Virus record (IMG/VR): IMGVR_UViG_3300037336_000053
Location: 1 to 64,000 of that record
Direction: 5' to 3' (one strand)
From: a virus
Length of the DNA: 64,000 bases
Shown: one piece after another, positions 28,524-37,906 of the stretch
Numbering within the stretch: the first letter of the stretch is position 1
Layout of the letters: each line of letters opens with the position of its first letter
The notes under the pieces: model-generated
What the model was told of the DNA's origin: nothing
The model's input: the letters and a program-made list of their open reading frames with translations, nothing else
The model's database searches: none
Translations under genes and position numbers: made by a program

Positions 28524-28927
28524 CCACTATTGGAGTCTAAATCGTCTTTTTTATGTCTGTTTAGGGCCTTTGTTAGGCCATACTTGCGTATATCGCCGCT
28601 AAACAGGTGTAATTCCATGGCTTTTTTCTCGTTTGTAACAATAATGCCATGCCTACCTAAGTAATACGGACAGTCGATAAAGTTGTCCATCCAAATTATT
28701 ACATTAGTAGTAAGCTCAAAATCTCTAGGATACGGAACTTCATAGGTAGTAAGTTCTATATCTTCTGTAATAAAGCGAAAGCCTTCATCAGTAAGACGCA
28801 GCCCGCCTGTATCTTTTGCTCGTGTGTTCTTCCACCACACCGGAAAATACTCCTTTACAGCAGACTCACCGATACTTTTGTCAGCAGCCTTAAGGAATAT
28901 TTTAGTGTATGTTTCTTTCCAGTTCAT
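28520..28927 (-). CDS. Hypothetical protein
   Basis: ORF coupled by an ATGA overlap; GGLRLTDEG, CPYY. Confidence 0.7.
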   Translation of the reverse strand: MNWKETYTKIFLKAADKSIGESAVKEYFPVWWKNTRAKDTGGLRLTDEGFRFITEDIELTTYEVPYPRDFELTTNVIIWMDNFIDCPYYLGRHGIIVTNEKKAMELHLFSGDIRKYGLTKALNRHKKDDLDSNSG

Positions 28928-29211
28928 TCGAAGATCGTTTCGCCTGTGGTAAGTTTAACCACAGAAAATTCGTCACTATTAAACAAATTGTTTAATTTTT
29001 TGGCTAGATTAAATGCATGCCCAGGATTTGAGAAGCTGGTCTTTTTATACTTAGGTCCTGGATAGCTAGTAAGCATATTTGCACTTTTAAGATTAAAAGG
29101 CTGATTTTGGAAAAACACAGCCCAAATGGCATCAGAATGTAAGACTTGTTCAGTTTTATAAGTCTTTTTATCTACATGTTCTTTTAATATGGTAGGCTTG
29201 GGTCTGCTCAT
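28924..29211 (-). CDS. Hypothetical protein
   Basis: MSRPKP..GPKYKKTSFSNPGHA; AAGGA SD and TAAATA at 29241-29246. Confidence 0.7.
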   Translation of the reverse strand: MSRPKPTILKEHVDKKTYKTEQVLHSDAIWAVFFQNQPFNLKSANMLTSYPGPKYKKTSFSNPGHAFNLAKKLNNLFNSDEFSVVKLTTGETIFE

Positions 29212-29264
29212 ATACGTTGTCCTTTAGTTAACTACGCATATATTTATCTCTTTTTAGAGTAGAT

Positions 29265-29507
29265 TTACCACTTGCTTCCGCCATCCATATTAATTTGAAT
29301 CACATCGTCCGCACCGCTATTCTTACGTGCAAGCAACTGCTCAAGGTCGCCGTTTAATCTTGCCATAACTTCGCCTAGAGTAAATGCAAGGCGTCGAGCT
29401 TGATCAATATTCATCTTCAGCTCTTTTTGGTTAGATGCATCAGCGCCCTTAACTTGACTAATAAACTGCTGAATAGGATTAGTGTTTAAAGGTTCAACGG
29501 TTGACAC
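29265..29507 (-). CDS. Hypothetical protein
   Basis: ORF in the operon, overlapping the upstream stop. Confidence 0.65.
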   Translation of the reverse strand: MSTVEPLNTNPIQQFISQVKGADASNQKELKMNIDQARRLAFTLGEVMARLNGDLEQLLARKNSGADDVIQINMDGGSKW

Positions 29508-29952
29508 AGCTTAACTCCTGACGCATCTCAATTTCACTTTTGAATGGACCTTTAGTAGTGTAACGTTCTACTGTAATAAGTTTAGGACAAAAGCTCTTAA
29601 CCCAACCTTTTTCAAACTGAATAATATAGTATCCTGCACAGTACAAACTCTTGCTCTTATCGCTTTTAGTAAACAAAGGAAGTTTACGTTTTACGTCAAA
29701 CATAGGGTTAAAAGGAGTTGAGTTAGTTGCATAACCGTGTACTTCTTTTGTACTGATTTCAGTTATTGCTAACTCAGTCCAACTTAGTTTTTGATCTAAT
29801 GCTTTAGTAAGTTGGTTTTCAGTATGATAAAATTTAGTACCTGTCGGAGTACTTAAAATATACTGATCCTCATTTAAACTAATAGTGCCAAATTTAACAC
29901 CTTTGTCTTCAACAATCCAAAACTTATTTTTAATAATTTCTTTTGCATTCAT
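29494..29952 (-). CDS. Hypothetical protein
   Basis: ATG at 29952 forms an ATGA overlap with the RNase H stop (track start 30021 lies inside that gene). Confidence 0.7.
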   Translation of the reverse strand: MNAKEIIKNKFWIVEDKGVKFGTISLNEDQYILSTPTGTKFYHTENQLTKALDQKLSWTELAITEISTKEVHGYATNSTPFNPMFDVKRKLPLFTKSDKSKSLYCAGYYIIQFEKGWVKSFCPKLITVERYTTKGPFKSEIEMRQELSCVNR

Positions 29953-30938
29953 ACCGGATACCTCGCATTTAATGGCTCTGCATAATAAGTAGCTTGATCT
30001 GCAATACGTTGCATATCCCACTTAGCACAGAATTTCATAAGACGCATGCCTACTTGATCTACTGTCTTAGGCACAGCATGCTCTTTAATTGTAGTAGTAA
30101 TTAGTTCTTTAATGTGTTCGGGTTGTGCAGTTAAGTCACACAGTACTACATTACGCTGATAATCATCTAGCACACGATGTTCGACACCTTCATGATCAGT
30201 CCAACGCTGTAGCATCATGTTATTCCAGTTAAAGCCTTTTGTAACTTTATCTTCAAACGCTTCTGTAAGGCCAACTTTGTTCTTAGTGCCTTTTGTACGC
30301 ACACCGGGATATGCACTAAACACATTATCACTAGTGTCGCCACGCATACACTTTTCAAAAATTTGCCACTTAGGATTAGGAGCAGGTTTTACTTCTTTGG
30401 TCTTCTTGTCAATAATAGGCTCACGCTTCTTATCGTCAAAGTATCCTTTGTGTGTAATAATTGTATTACTCACACCGTTGTACTGCTGTACATTAGGTGC
30501 AATAAGTTGTGCAAAGTCGCCATCTGTACTAATAATAATATGAGTGTCATTCGGGTGCATTTGTACCCAACCTGCAATAAGATCATCTGCTTCTAGTTGC
30601 TTGTGTTGCATAACAGTACAGTTAGTCTTTTCTGTAACAAAGTTTTTAAACTCGTCAAAGATTTCCCAAAACGCTGTATCTTCTGCAGATTCAGTAGGAG
30701 TAAGTTTATCACGTGCAACTTGTCTGTTACGCTTGTAAGGAGCATAAAAGTCCTTACGCCAGCTACGACCTTCTAAACAGAACACAACGTGATCTGCTTT
30801 AAAGTCAGTCCATGCTTTCTTTACACTGTTTAGCGTAATGTGTAGTGCCATGCCTACCTTTGTGTCGATATCGCCGCGTACTACGTGACGAGCTCTAAAG
30901 AACGTATTTGCTGTGTCTACCAGAATGTATGTACTCAT
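29949..30938 (-). CDS. rnh: T4-type RNase H / 5'-3' exonuclease (FEN1-like)
   Basis: LVDTAN, EADDLI, STDGDFAQL, GDTSDNV: conserved acidic 5'-nuclease motifs. Confidence 0.85.
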   Translation of the reverse strand: MSTYILVDTANTFFRARHVVRGDIDTKVGMALHITLNSVKKAWTDFKADHVVFCLEGRSWRKDFYAPYKRNRQVARDKLTPTESAEDTAFWEIFDEFKNFVTEKTNCTVMQHKQLEADDLIAGWVQMHPNDTHIIISTDGDFAQLIAPNVQQYNGVSNTIITHKGYFDDKKREPIIDKKTKEVKPAPNPKWQIFEKCMRGDTSDNVFSAYPGVRTKGTKNKVGLTEAFEDKVTKGFNWNNMMLQRWTDHEGVEHRVLDDYQRNVVLCDLTAQPEHIKELITTTIKEHAVPKTVDQVGMRLMKFCAKWDMQRIADQATYYAEPLNARYPV

Positions 30939-30964
30939 ATTATATATGTGCCTTTAGTGTTATC

Positions 30965-30993
30965 ATTATAGCATATGATTGATAGAATGTCAA
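30965..30993 (-). promoter_or_regulatory. Perfect consensus sigma70 promoter
   Basis: TTGACA-17 nt-TATAAT on the minus strand, upstream of the RNase H gene. Confidence 0.8.
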
Positions 30994-31383
30994 TCATGAT
31001 ACTTCGCTTTTGCTTTTATTAATAGGCACTACGTTAATGTACCCCATTTCTCGCGCTGTGTTAAGACCTTCTTCGCCTAACACTTGCATAGCAATAGTTC
31101 GAAACCATCCATCTACAATCTGTTCGTTTGACTCACCGCTATAACCAGCATCAAGTAGTTCTTCAATAAACTGATTATTCCAATCAAGCTCAAAGAAACC
31201 GTTCTTAATATTCTTTGGATTAATTTGTGTATCTAACACAGCAACCCATGCTTCGCCTTTAGCAGTAGCAGCTTCTTTTTCTTTAGCAAGAATTGCTCTG
31301 CGTAAATATTCATTAGTAGATTCTACAGGCATTTCTTGTTGTACTTTTTCTTCTCTGCCTAGTAGCTTATTGAGCCATTTCAT
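30994..31383 (-). CDS. Hypothetical protein
   Basis: AAGGA SD; GFFELDWN..FI..L..AGY.G pattern. Confidence 0.7.
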   Translation of the reverse strand: MKWLNKLLGREEKVQQEMPVESTNEYLRRAILAKEKEAATAKGEAWVAVLDTQINPKNIKNGFFELDWNNQFIEELLDAGYSGESNEQIVDGWFRTIAMQVLGEEGLNTAREMGYINVVPINKSKSEVS

Positions 31384-31455
31384 ATGTGTTTCCTTAGTTT
31401 ATCGATTTGTTCATCTTTGTGTACGCCCTGCCTAAGGGCGTTAAGCGCATCGTCA

Positions 31456-32328
31456 TCAAGTCCCCCAGGCATTTCCGAATAAGCTAATGTGGAGTCTCGG
31501 AGTGAATCGGTATCCTTTTGCCATAGCAAGTTTTGCAACTTCTTGTACGGTAAGGTTATAACCTTCTGTACGACCGCCCATCGGCATAAGATATACTGGA
31601 ACATTGATCCCAATTTTTCTGTAAGCCTCGACAGCTCGATCAACTTCTTCAACGTCAACGCTGTCAGCAACAACAAATTTAAAATACATGTCAGCATTAA
31701 GTATAGAGCGGTAATTGGCAGCAACAGCAGGCTTAATAGCGTCTGTCCAAGATTCACCAGATACGGAGAGCTTGGGCGAACAACTAAACGTTGTTTTAAA
31801 TCTTGCCTGATTCTTAAGGTAATCGGCAAACTCCGTGTGTAAAAATTGTGTAGTGTTTGTTTCAAATGTAACATTCTTTAAGTCCTTCATTCTAGGATGC
31901 TCAAACAACTCAATATACAAACGCTGCCAAGCAAGTAGCGGTTCACCGCCAGTGAGAATCAAATGGACATCCTGTCCATTATCCATAGTCCACTTACCTT
32001 CTGGAGTAAGCGACAGTATATGTTCTACAACTTCGTCGATAGTCTTGTCCATTACAAGATGTTTGAACTCAGGATAGATACTTGCGTAAGTGTCGCAGCC
32101 AGTAAACACCAGCGGCAAGTCTTCAAATACTTTTGCAGTTAGATGCACACCGGAGTCAATAAGTTTTTTAACTTCTGGATTATATTTAGCTTTAGGAGTA
32201 CCACGAGGAAGTCCAAAGTTTTGACAACGGAAGTTGCAACCATATGTACGTAGGAATACACTAGGTACACCTACATATGCACCTTCGCCTTGTATACTGT
32301 AAAAGGCTTCGCTATATCTCAATTTCAT
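31456..32328 (-). CDS. queE: 7-carboxy-7-deazaguanine synthase QueE (radical SAM, split Cys motif)
   Basis: YSEAFYSIQGEG...VFLRTYGCNFRC...GCDT, LTGGEP, FETN, CSPK, PRLH; adjacent to folE. Confidence 0.85.
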   Translation of the reverse strand: MKLRYSEAFYSIQGEGAYVGVPSVFLRTYGCNFRCQNFGLPRGTPKAKYNPEVKKLIDSGVHLTAKVFEDLPLVFTGCDTYASIYPEFKHLVMDKTIDEVVEHILSLTPEGKWTMDNGQDVHLILTGGEPLLAWQRLYIELFEHPRMKDLKNVTFETNTTQFLHTEFADYLKNQARFKTTFSCSPKLSVSGESWTDAIKPAVAANYRSILNADMYFKFVVADSVDVEEVDRAVEAYRKIGINVPVYLMPMGGRTEGYNLTVQEVAKLAMAKGYRFTPRLHISLFGNAWGT

Positions 32329-33017
32329 CGTGCAAACTCCTGTTGCAGTTTAATATTGTCAAAGAATTCTTTCTTTGTACCAGCATCGTGTTTAAAGCTA
32401 CCTTCAAGTACAGTAGTTTGTGTAAGACTACTATTTGCCATGATGCCGCGATTCTCACAGCATCCGTGTGTTGCTTGAATATACACTCCTAAGTTACTAG
32501 TACCTGTAGCAGCTTTAATCTCACGTGCGATGTCATTACACAGTTCTTCTTGTAATGTACCACGTCTAGCACACCACTGTGCAATACGAGTATATTTGCT
32601 AAGACCAATTAACTTTTGAGAAGCAATAATGCCAATATAAGCAATGCCACTAACGGGCTGGTGATGATGACTGCACATGCTACGCAACTCACTGCGAACA
32701 ACCAACATGCCTTCATATCTATCCTTGCTGTCATTTGGGAACGCCGTTGCACTAGGCATAGGATCATAACGTCCGCTCATAATCTCATTGTAGTACATTT
32801 TAGCAAGGCGCTTTGCAGTACCTTTGCTGTTAGGATCATTTTCACGATCAATTAGCAGTGTGTCAAGTACACTTTCAAATGCTTGTGCAGCTTCGTTGAT
32901 AAGGATGTCTTTTGTATCATTGGAAATATATTCGCTGATGTTATCGCCTGCCCAAAAGCGTTTATTTTCCGAGTGCATCTTCTCACGAAGCACTTGAGAT
33001 AAGTTTTTTTCTGTCAT
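32325..33017 (-). CDS. folE: GTP cyclohydrolase I FolE
   Basis: RSMCSHHHQP, GLSKYTRI, LQEEL, HGCCENRG. Confidence 0.95.
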   Translation of the reverse strand: MTEKNLSQVLREKMHSENKRFWAGDNISEYISNDTKDILINEAAQAFESVLDTLLIDRENDPNSKGTAKRLAKMYYNEIMSGRYDPMPSATAFPNDSKDRYEGMLVVRSELRSMCSHHHQPVSGIAYIGIIASQKLIGLSKYTRIAQWCARRGTLQEELCNDIAREIKAATGTSNLGVYIQATHGCCENRGIMANSSLTQTTVLEGSFKHDAGTKKEFFDNIKLQQEFAR

Positions 33018-33060
33018 TTATTTCTCCGAGTTATTGACGTGGATGTCTTATATACTATTA

Positions 33061-33089
33061 AGTATACACTGTTATTTAGGCTTTGTCAA
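33061..33089 (-). promoter_or_regulatory. Sigma70 promoter with a late-type TAAATA nested in the spacer
   Basis: TTGACA-aagccTAAATAacagtg-TATACT (17-nt spacer). Confidence 0.7.
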
Positions 33090-33432
33090 GTAGTTTCTTA
33101 TAATTTCCTTTTTCAGGAATTACGTGCCTTACGCCACCTCGAGGATCCGCCATGTCCTCTTTGCGTCGTGGAATCAAATGTACATGAGCATATTCTACAG
33201 TTTGTCCTGCCGCTTCGCCTACATTCTGTCCTATGTTAAACGCTTCACAATATCCACGTTCTGTCCAATCGTATCCCCACTTGTATGCTGCTTCCCAGCA
33301 TTTTACAAGATGTTGCCAATCTTCTACTTTAGGAACAAAAAGAACGTGACCTTCTGTTACCGGAAAGTCGTCCTTATATACTGTAAAGTCTTTTGTATCT
33401 ACTAATACTTCAGTCCAAGGTTTAGTATTCAT
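33076..33432 (-). CDS. HIT family nucleotide hydrolase
   Basis: FPVTEGHVLFVPK, GEAAGQTV, HVHLIPR histidine triad. Confidence 0.9.
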   Translation of the reverse strand: MNTKPWTEVLVDTKDFTVYKDDFPVTEGHVLFVPKVEDWQHLVKCWEAAYKWGYDWTERGYCEAFNIGQNVGEAAGQTVEYAHVHLIPRRKEDMADPRGGVRHVIPEKGNYKKLLDKA

Positions 33433-33979
33433 TAACAGTTTCCCAAGGATAAACTAACCAAACGTCATCTTCTGCTTTGTTAATTTCGTGACAAGTATAA
33501 TCTACGGTGCCGTTAAACCCACTTGCTAGATTATCTGTAAGTGTAGCAAAGCGAACATTCTTATGCCAAACTGTATTCCAAGTTTCTTCATCGGGCAAAC
33601 AACTGCTCTGCCAATCTTCTTTGATCCAGTTAAATGTAGCACCGCTATCGTTGATATCATCTACAATAAGAATATTCTTACGTAGTGACAGGTCCCATCT
33701 TGCACCAGTAATGCCGGTTTCTTCAGCATTATTATATCCAAACGCTTCCTCGCTCATCCAAAGATTACTCTCAGGTCCGCATTCACTATCGCGCAAACTA
33801 ACTTTAAGTGCTTCGCAGCGAACTTTAAGCATGTTACTAATGATAGTAGCAGGAATATTGCCGCCACGAGTAATTCCTACAATATAATCAGGACGCCAGT
33901 TGTCTGCATACATGCTAGTAACAATCTGTACGCACATCTTTTCAATGTCTTGCCAACTGTAATAATGTTTCTTAATCAT
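33422..33979 (-). CDS. Type I phosphoribosyltransferase (Gpt/Hpt-like)
   Basis: IVGITRGG, ILIVDDINDSGAT (PRPP-binding loop), WLVYPWE. Confidence 0.9.
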   Translation of the reverse strand: MIKKHYYSWQDIEKMCVQIVTSMYADNWRPDYIVGITRGGNIPATIISNMLKVRCEALKVSLRDSECGPESNLWMSEEAFGYNNAEETGITGARWDLSLRKNILIVDDINDSGATFNWIKEDWQSSCLPDEETWNTVWHKNVRFATLTDNLASGFNGTVDYTCHEINKAEDDVWLVYPWETVNEY

Positions 33980-34275
33980 TTCATGCTCTCCAGTGTTGCA
34001 ATTTTAGCAATCTTATCACCAAAATCATCGTCCTTGTGAATAATGTAAGTAGTTGTATTAGTACGATCTTTTACCCGATCATATGTTCGAAACTCTACCA
34101 CACGTCCGCCTATTGCACTAAACACTCTAAAGTTTAGTATAGGGTCAGCATCGCACACAGTTGCTTCAGTATCACGCGAACATGTTACCGTGACACGACC
34201 AACTGTGCATTTTTCTTCTTCATAATCGCTACCTTGCCTTGCCCAGCTAGCTACTAGTTTTTTAAACCATCTCAT
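33976..34275 (-). CDS. Hypothetical protein
   Basis: ORF coupled by an ATGA overlap. Confidence 0.65.
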   Translation of the reverse strand: MRWFKKLVASWARQGSDYEEEKCTVGRVTVTCSRDTEATVCDADPILNFRVFSAIGGRVVEFRTYDRVKDRTNTTTYIIHKDDDFGDKIAKIATLESMK

Positions 34276-34655
34276 TTAGATTCCTTAATTGCATCAAATG
34301 TTTTATACTTTGCAAGTTGCGACTCATACGCATCTTTTAGTTCTTTTAGCTTAGGATACTTTGCTTCCATATCTACGTGTTGCTTTAATAATAACACAGA
34401 GTCACGCAGTTCGTCAAGTTCTTTCATAACATCTCTGCCTTGAACAACAAGAGGAATATCAATCTGCACCGTATTAGGATCTAACGAGTCTCTTATAGTC
34501 AGATTACCAGTAATAGCACTAGCACTACTATACGTTCCGGTTAACACACCAGTATTAGTACAACTAATATACCCGCTCAGAGCAGACATTTTTTGTGCTG
34601 CTGATCCGGACAAGAGTCCAATGGTGTTAGAACTGGAATTAGTGTTCGAGCTCAT
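34272..34655 (-). CDS. Hypothetical protein
   Basis: S/T-rich N-terminus and coiled-coil C-terminus (YPKLKELKDAY). Confidence 0.6.
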   Translation of the reverse strand: MSSNTNSSSNTIGLLSGSAAQKMSALSGYISCTNTGVLTGTYSSASAITGNLTIRDSLDPNTVQIDIPLVVQGRDVMKELDELRDSVLLLKQHVDMEAKYPKLKELKDAYESQLAKYKTFDAIKESK

Positions 34656-35103
34656 ATTTTTCCTTCAAGTATTGTTCATGTTGTACCCAAGCACCGTCTT
34701 TGACAAAGCCCCATTCTCTTAGTTTAGGACCAGGTACAAACAAAGTCCAAGGCTCAATACCAGGCTCAAGTTCAATGCTATGAAGAGACTTAGGACTGCT
34801 AAACCTAAAATGCCCCGGTCGTCTCCACAATTTACCTGCTGGAGTATGTTCCCAATACCCGCCGCTAAGAATAAAAGTAAAGTAAGGCCAAGGATGATCA
34901 TGTAAGTCATCTAAATCTCCTTTATGAAAGTTATGTAAAAAGACATTAAACGGAAACCATGTACGCTCTTTTAAGAAAAGATAATAGCGTGTTAAGTACG
35001 GCTCGTTGTGGTAACGGTCCATAATCACACGCTTGCGATCTACACGTTCTAGCAGTTTAAGAAAGATTGTGCCAATAGATATATTATCCTTTAATTGTGT
35101 CAT
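34639..35103 (-). CDS. Cupin-fold protein
   Basis: HNFHKGDLDDLHDHPW..ILSGGYWE..HSIEL..WTLF cupin metal motifs. Confidence 0.75.
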   Translation of the reverse strand: MTQLKDNISIGTIFLKLLERVDRKRVIMDRYHNEPYLTRYYLFLKERTWFPFNVFLHNFHKGDLDDLHDHPWPYFTFILSGGYWEHTPAGKLWRRPGHFRFSSPKSLHSIELEPGIEPWTLFVPGPKLREWGFVKDGAWVQHEQYLKEKYELEH

Positions 35104-36181
35104 ACAATGCTGCTCCACTAAAAAATTCTTTGTTTAGTTTAGTAACTTGTTTAGCTAGACTAACTGCAAAGTCATCGTAATTTTCCATGTACTCTACAAT
35201 ACGTGCAATTACTTTGTCTTTGTGATACAAGTAAGCGTCATAGTCTTCAGTCCATTCGCTTGGGTATAAGAATTCTGGAACAGCCATTTCACTGTAGCTT
35301 AGTCTATTCGGCACCATAGGAATAGCATTTACTAATGCACCTTCATACCAACTAATACCTAGTGTTTCTTGTAGGTTAGCACTAAACACAAGTTTAGCTT
35401 CCCCTAGCAAGTTATGATATTCATTCTTTGTAAGCTGTTGCTCTTGACAAACAACAAACTCATATTGTGGCAGGAGCTGTGCCAAGTCTCTAAAAATATC
35501 AACTTGCTTCTCAGGAGCAACACGATGTGGAAACAAGATCAAGTCTCGCTTCTCCATACCTTTATATTGTGTTAAGCTATCTTTAAGATACTCCATAGGC
35601 CATCCTACACGAACAATTTTACCACCGTCGTAGATTTCTTCCCAGTCATCGTCGTACCAAGGATTCTCTACCATCATGCCGCCGTGCAGTAATTCATCAA
35701 AGAACATCCGAACATGGAACTCTGTAGCAAAGAAGTTATTGTCGTACACATGATACATACTCTTCTCAGCATGTCTTACCCAGGGCTTATTGCCAATTAG
35801 CCTACCAAGAAAATCATGAGGATCATAACTACCAGCATGCCATAAGCCACCGATTCTGATATCAACGCCCAAGAGCTCAGCCATGTAACGAAGCTGGATA
35901 ACAGTTGGGTTCCAAGCATCCGTATATAGAAAATAGTCTCCATTCTTTACCTCACCTTTGCAAAACATTTCACCAATGATTTCTAATTGCTTACTCTTAT
36001 AAACATTAGTACCACCAAAATTAAGAAACGCCCCAGGCGTAGTTGCCTGAGGAGTATTTCCGCCGCTAATAACTTTAACATCTTCATTAGTAGCATGCCG
36101 CATTTGCTTAGGCAAATACTCTTTCCACTGTTTAGTGTAGCGGGTATCTACTGCTTCAATGTCTACTATGAAGATTGTCAT
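35084..36181 (-). CDS. GT-B fold glycosyltransferase
   Basis: WHAGSYDP, FPHRVAPEKQ, NLQETLGISWYEG (E-x7-E donor-binding motif). Confidence 0.75.
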   Translation of the reverse strand: MTIFIVDIEAVDTRYTKQWKEYLPKQMRHATNEDVKVISGGNTPQATTPGAFLNFGGTNVYKSKQLEIIGEMFCKGEVKNGDYFLYTDAWNPTVIQLRYMAELLGVDIRIGGLWHAGSYDPHDFLGRLIGNKPWVRHAEKSMYHVYDNNFFATEFHVRMFFDELLHGGMMVENPWYDDDWEEIYDGGKIVRVGWPMEYLKDSLTQYKGMEKRDLILFPHRVAPEKQVDIFRDLAQLLPQYEFVVCQEQQLTKNEYHNLLGEAKLVFSANLQETLGISWYEGALVNAIPMVPNRLSYSEMAVPEFLYPSEWTEDYDAYLYHKDKVIARIVEYMENYDDFAVSLAKQVTKLNKEFFSGAALYDTIKG

Positions 36182-36427
36182 TTAGTTACCTCGATTGCTT
36201 TCAAACCTTGGGTTAGGACGGCGTGTGCGACGATTGGGATCGTAGCTTGCGCCTGCACGAGATTTTGCTCGCAGCCAACCTTGGTGTTTGTTGTACGCAA
36301 TCCAAGTTGGTGACTCGTTGCTATACATGTCTTTTTCATCAAAGACTTTTGCTTCAAAGCGACAGTAGTCACGGAATTTATCCAAGTCGTCAAATACCTT
36401 GCGGATAATAGGATTCTCAATTGACAT
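36182..36427 (-). CDS. Small basic hypothetical protein
   Basis: Start at ATG 36427 after the dpdL-like stop; FDDLDKFRDYCRFE. Confidence 0.65.
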   Translation of the reverse strand: MSIENPIIRKVFDDLDKFRDYCRFEAKVFDEKDMYSNESPTWIAYNKHQGWLRAKSRAGASYDPNRRTRRPNPRFESNRGN

Positions 36428-36440
36428 AGTTTTTACCTTT

Positions 36441-36920
36441 TTAATTCTTAGGATAAAAGTTTGAACAGCCGTTTTCGCCATCTTCGGCAACATCAATCTC
36501 TACAAATCGGCCGGGATACTTTGTAGAAATTTCTCTGTACAAGTCATCTGCGATCATTTCGCAGCTCTTGTGATTTAGTTGTAGTACAGATGTAGAGCTA
36601 TCTACTTCAGCATACAACCGTTCCATCCAACGTTTAAATTGGATAAACTCAATATCGCGATCGTTATGGAACACTTCGATGCGAACTTTAAAATGGAAAA
36701 TATGGCGATGCGGAACGCCAAGGAATGATACATCATCCCATCCGCCTGTTGCTAGTTTAGGATTAGTGTCTGCACCAGGGTACATATGTACCCCCTCTTT
36801 AGAGAACGTGACCCAGATACTACGATCTGCTTTATTCATTGCGTTTTCTGTTGCCATTTTTGCGTCTTCTTCCTTCATTCTGCGTCCCATATAATTATGA
36901 TACGATTCGTGTTGTGTCAT
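36441..36920 (-). CDS. dpdL: QueD-like T-fold protein, probable CDG decarboxylase DpdL
   Basis: LGVPHRHIF matches the LxxxHRHxF signature I recall for DpdL; DRDIEFI, SCEMIA, EDGENG; sits in the folE/queE/TGT cluster. Confidence 0.65.
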   Translation of the reverse strand: MTQHESYHNYMGRRMKEEDAKMATENAMNKADRSIWVTFSKEGVHMYPGADTNPKLATGGWDDVSFLGVPHRHIFHFKVRIEVFHNDRDIEFIQFKRWMERLYAEVDSSTSVLQLNHKSCEMIADDLYREISTKYPGRFVEIDVAEDGENGCSNFYPKN

Positions 36921-36926
36921 AGTATT

Positions 36927-36955
36927 ATTATACTTTCTTTAGTTAGTGTTGTCAA
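36927..36955 (-). promoter_or_regulatory. Perfect consensus sigma70 promoter (likely leaderless dpdL mRNA)
   Basis: TTGACA-17 nt-TATAAT; the ATG lies 6 nt downstream of the -10. Confidence 0.75.
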
Positions 36956-37616
36956 GTGTTTTTTTTGAACAGTTGTCAAAATGCCATCTTTTCATAGGAC
37001 TATTGCCACCTGTTTTACCACAGTGCGGGCAAGTTACAGTATCTTGTGCAATACCTTTTAGAGCATCTGAACGTTTTTGATTAGATACAGGATCTTGTGT
37101 TTTACCCTGCTTTGCTTTAGAAATCTTTAGTTTAGTTGCTTCACTATGATGCTTACCTTCCATACCAGATTTTACAGAACCATATCGTTCAATCTTTGTC
37201 TGAATAATCTTTCGTTTAGTTTCTTCGCTTAACACTTTACCTGTATGTGCTTCAGATAGACGCTGTCTGTGTTCTTTTGATTTCGTTTTGCCTTTATGCG
37301 AAGGAGGACGACAGTCTGTGAGTATATTCATAAGTATTCCAGACTCGTCAATACGCCTACCATACTTTGCAATAAGTGTTTCTTCTAAAGTGTAAGCAGA
37401 TTCTTCGTCCATATCTTTCTGTATGATTTCAATAGCAGGTATTAAACCGTTGTCAAGTATACTTTTGATTTTCATATCCTTCATATGATTATCTGTAGAA
37501 CGACCATTCTTTACAGCACGGAGATGATCCAAATGCCTTTTGTTGTCCCACTTACCTTTACCTATATAAAACGGTTCCATTGTTTCTGGGTCTTTATAGC
37601 AATAAACATAATACAT
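36939..37616 (-). mobile_element. Free-standing GIY-YIG-type homing endonuclease with NUMOD3 repeats
   Basis: YYVYCY..PFYIGKG..R..H, E..LI..YGR, NUMOD3 (SEETKRKI, HSEATKLKISKAK), C-terminal CPHCGK..HFDNC; TAAATA upstream. Confidence 0.8.
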
Positions 37617-37661
37617 ATGTTTATTTAGCAAAACTTACCCTTATTATTCTAAAACTGACTC

Positions 37662-37904
37662 TTATAATCCTAAACCTGCAAGGAATGCTCGTAGCTTCTT
37701 ACCTGTATCGTGTTCGTCGCCTTCACGATAACCATCTTCCATATAACGAAGAAACTCTTGATGCGTCATACCTGTGTCCTGCACTTTCTTGCCGTCGTAT
37801 TCTTTGCGGAATGTAACCCAAATACTTTTAGTAGGTTCTGTCATAGTTCTTTCTTCTCTTATTTTGCGTAGTATGTAGTTGTGATAGTTTTCTTGCTCAT
37901 ACAT
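37662..37904 (-). pseudogene. Truncated duplicate of the dpdL-like 5' end fused to unrelated sequence
   Basis: YHNYILRKIREE..KSIWVTFRKE versus YHNYMGRRMKEE..RSIWVTFSKE in 36441-36920; the similarity stops right after TFxKE. Confidence 0.65.
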
Positions 37905-37906
37905 TA

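Noticed and set aside
31380-31874. 164-aa ORF overlapping queE in another frame
   Set aside because: Shadow ORF with Leu-rich, non-protein-like composition. It overlaps a well-supported gene and runs through an intergenic hairpin.
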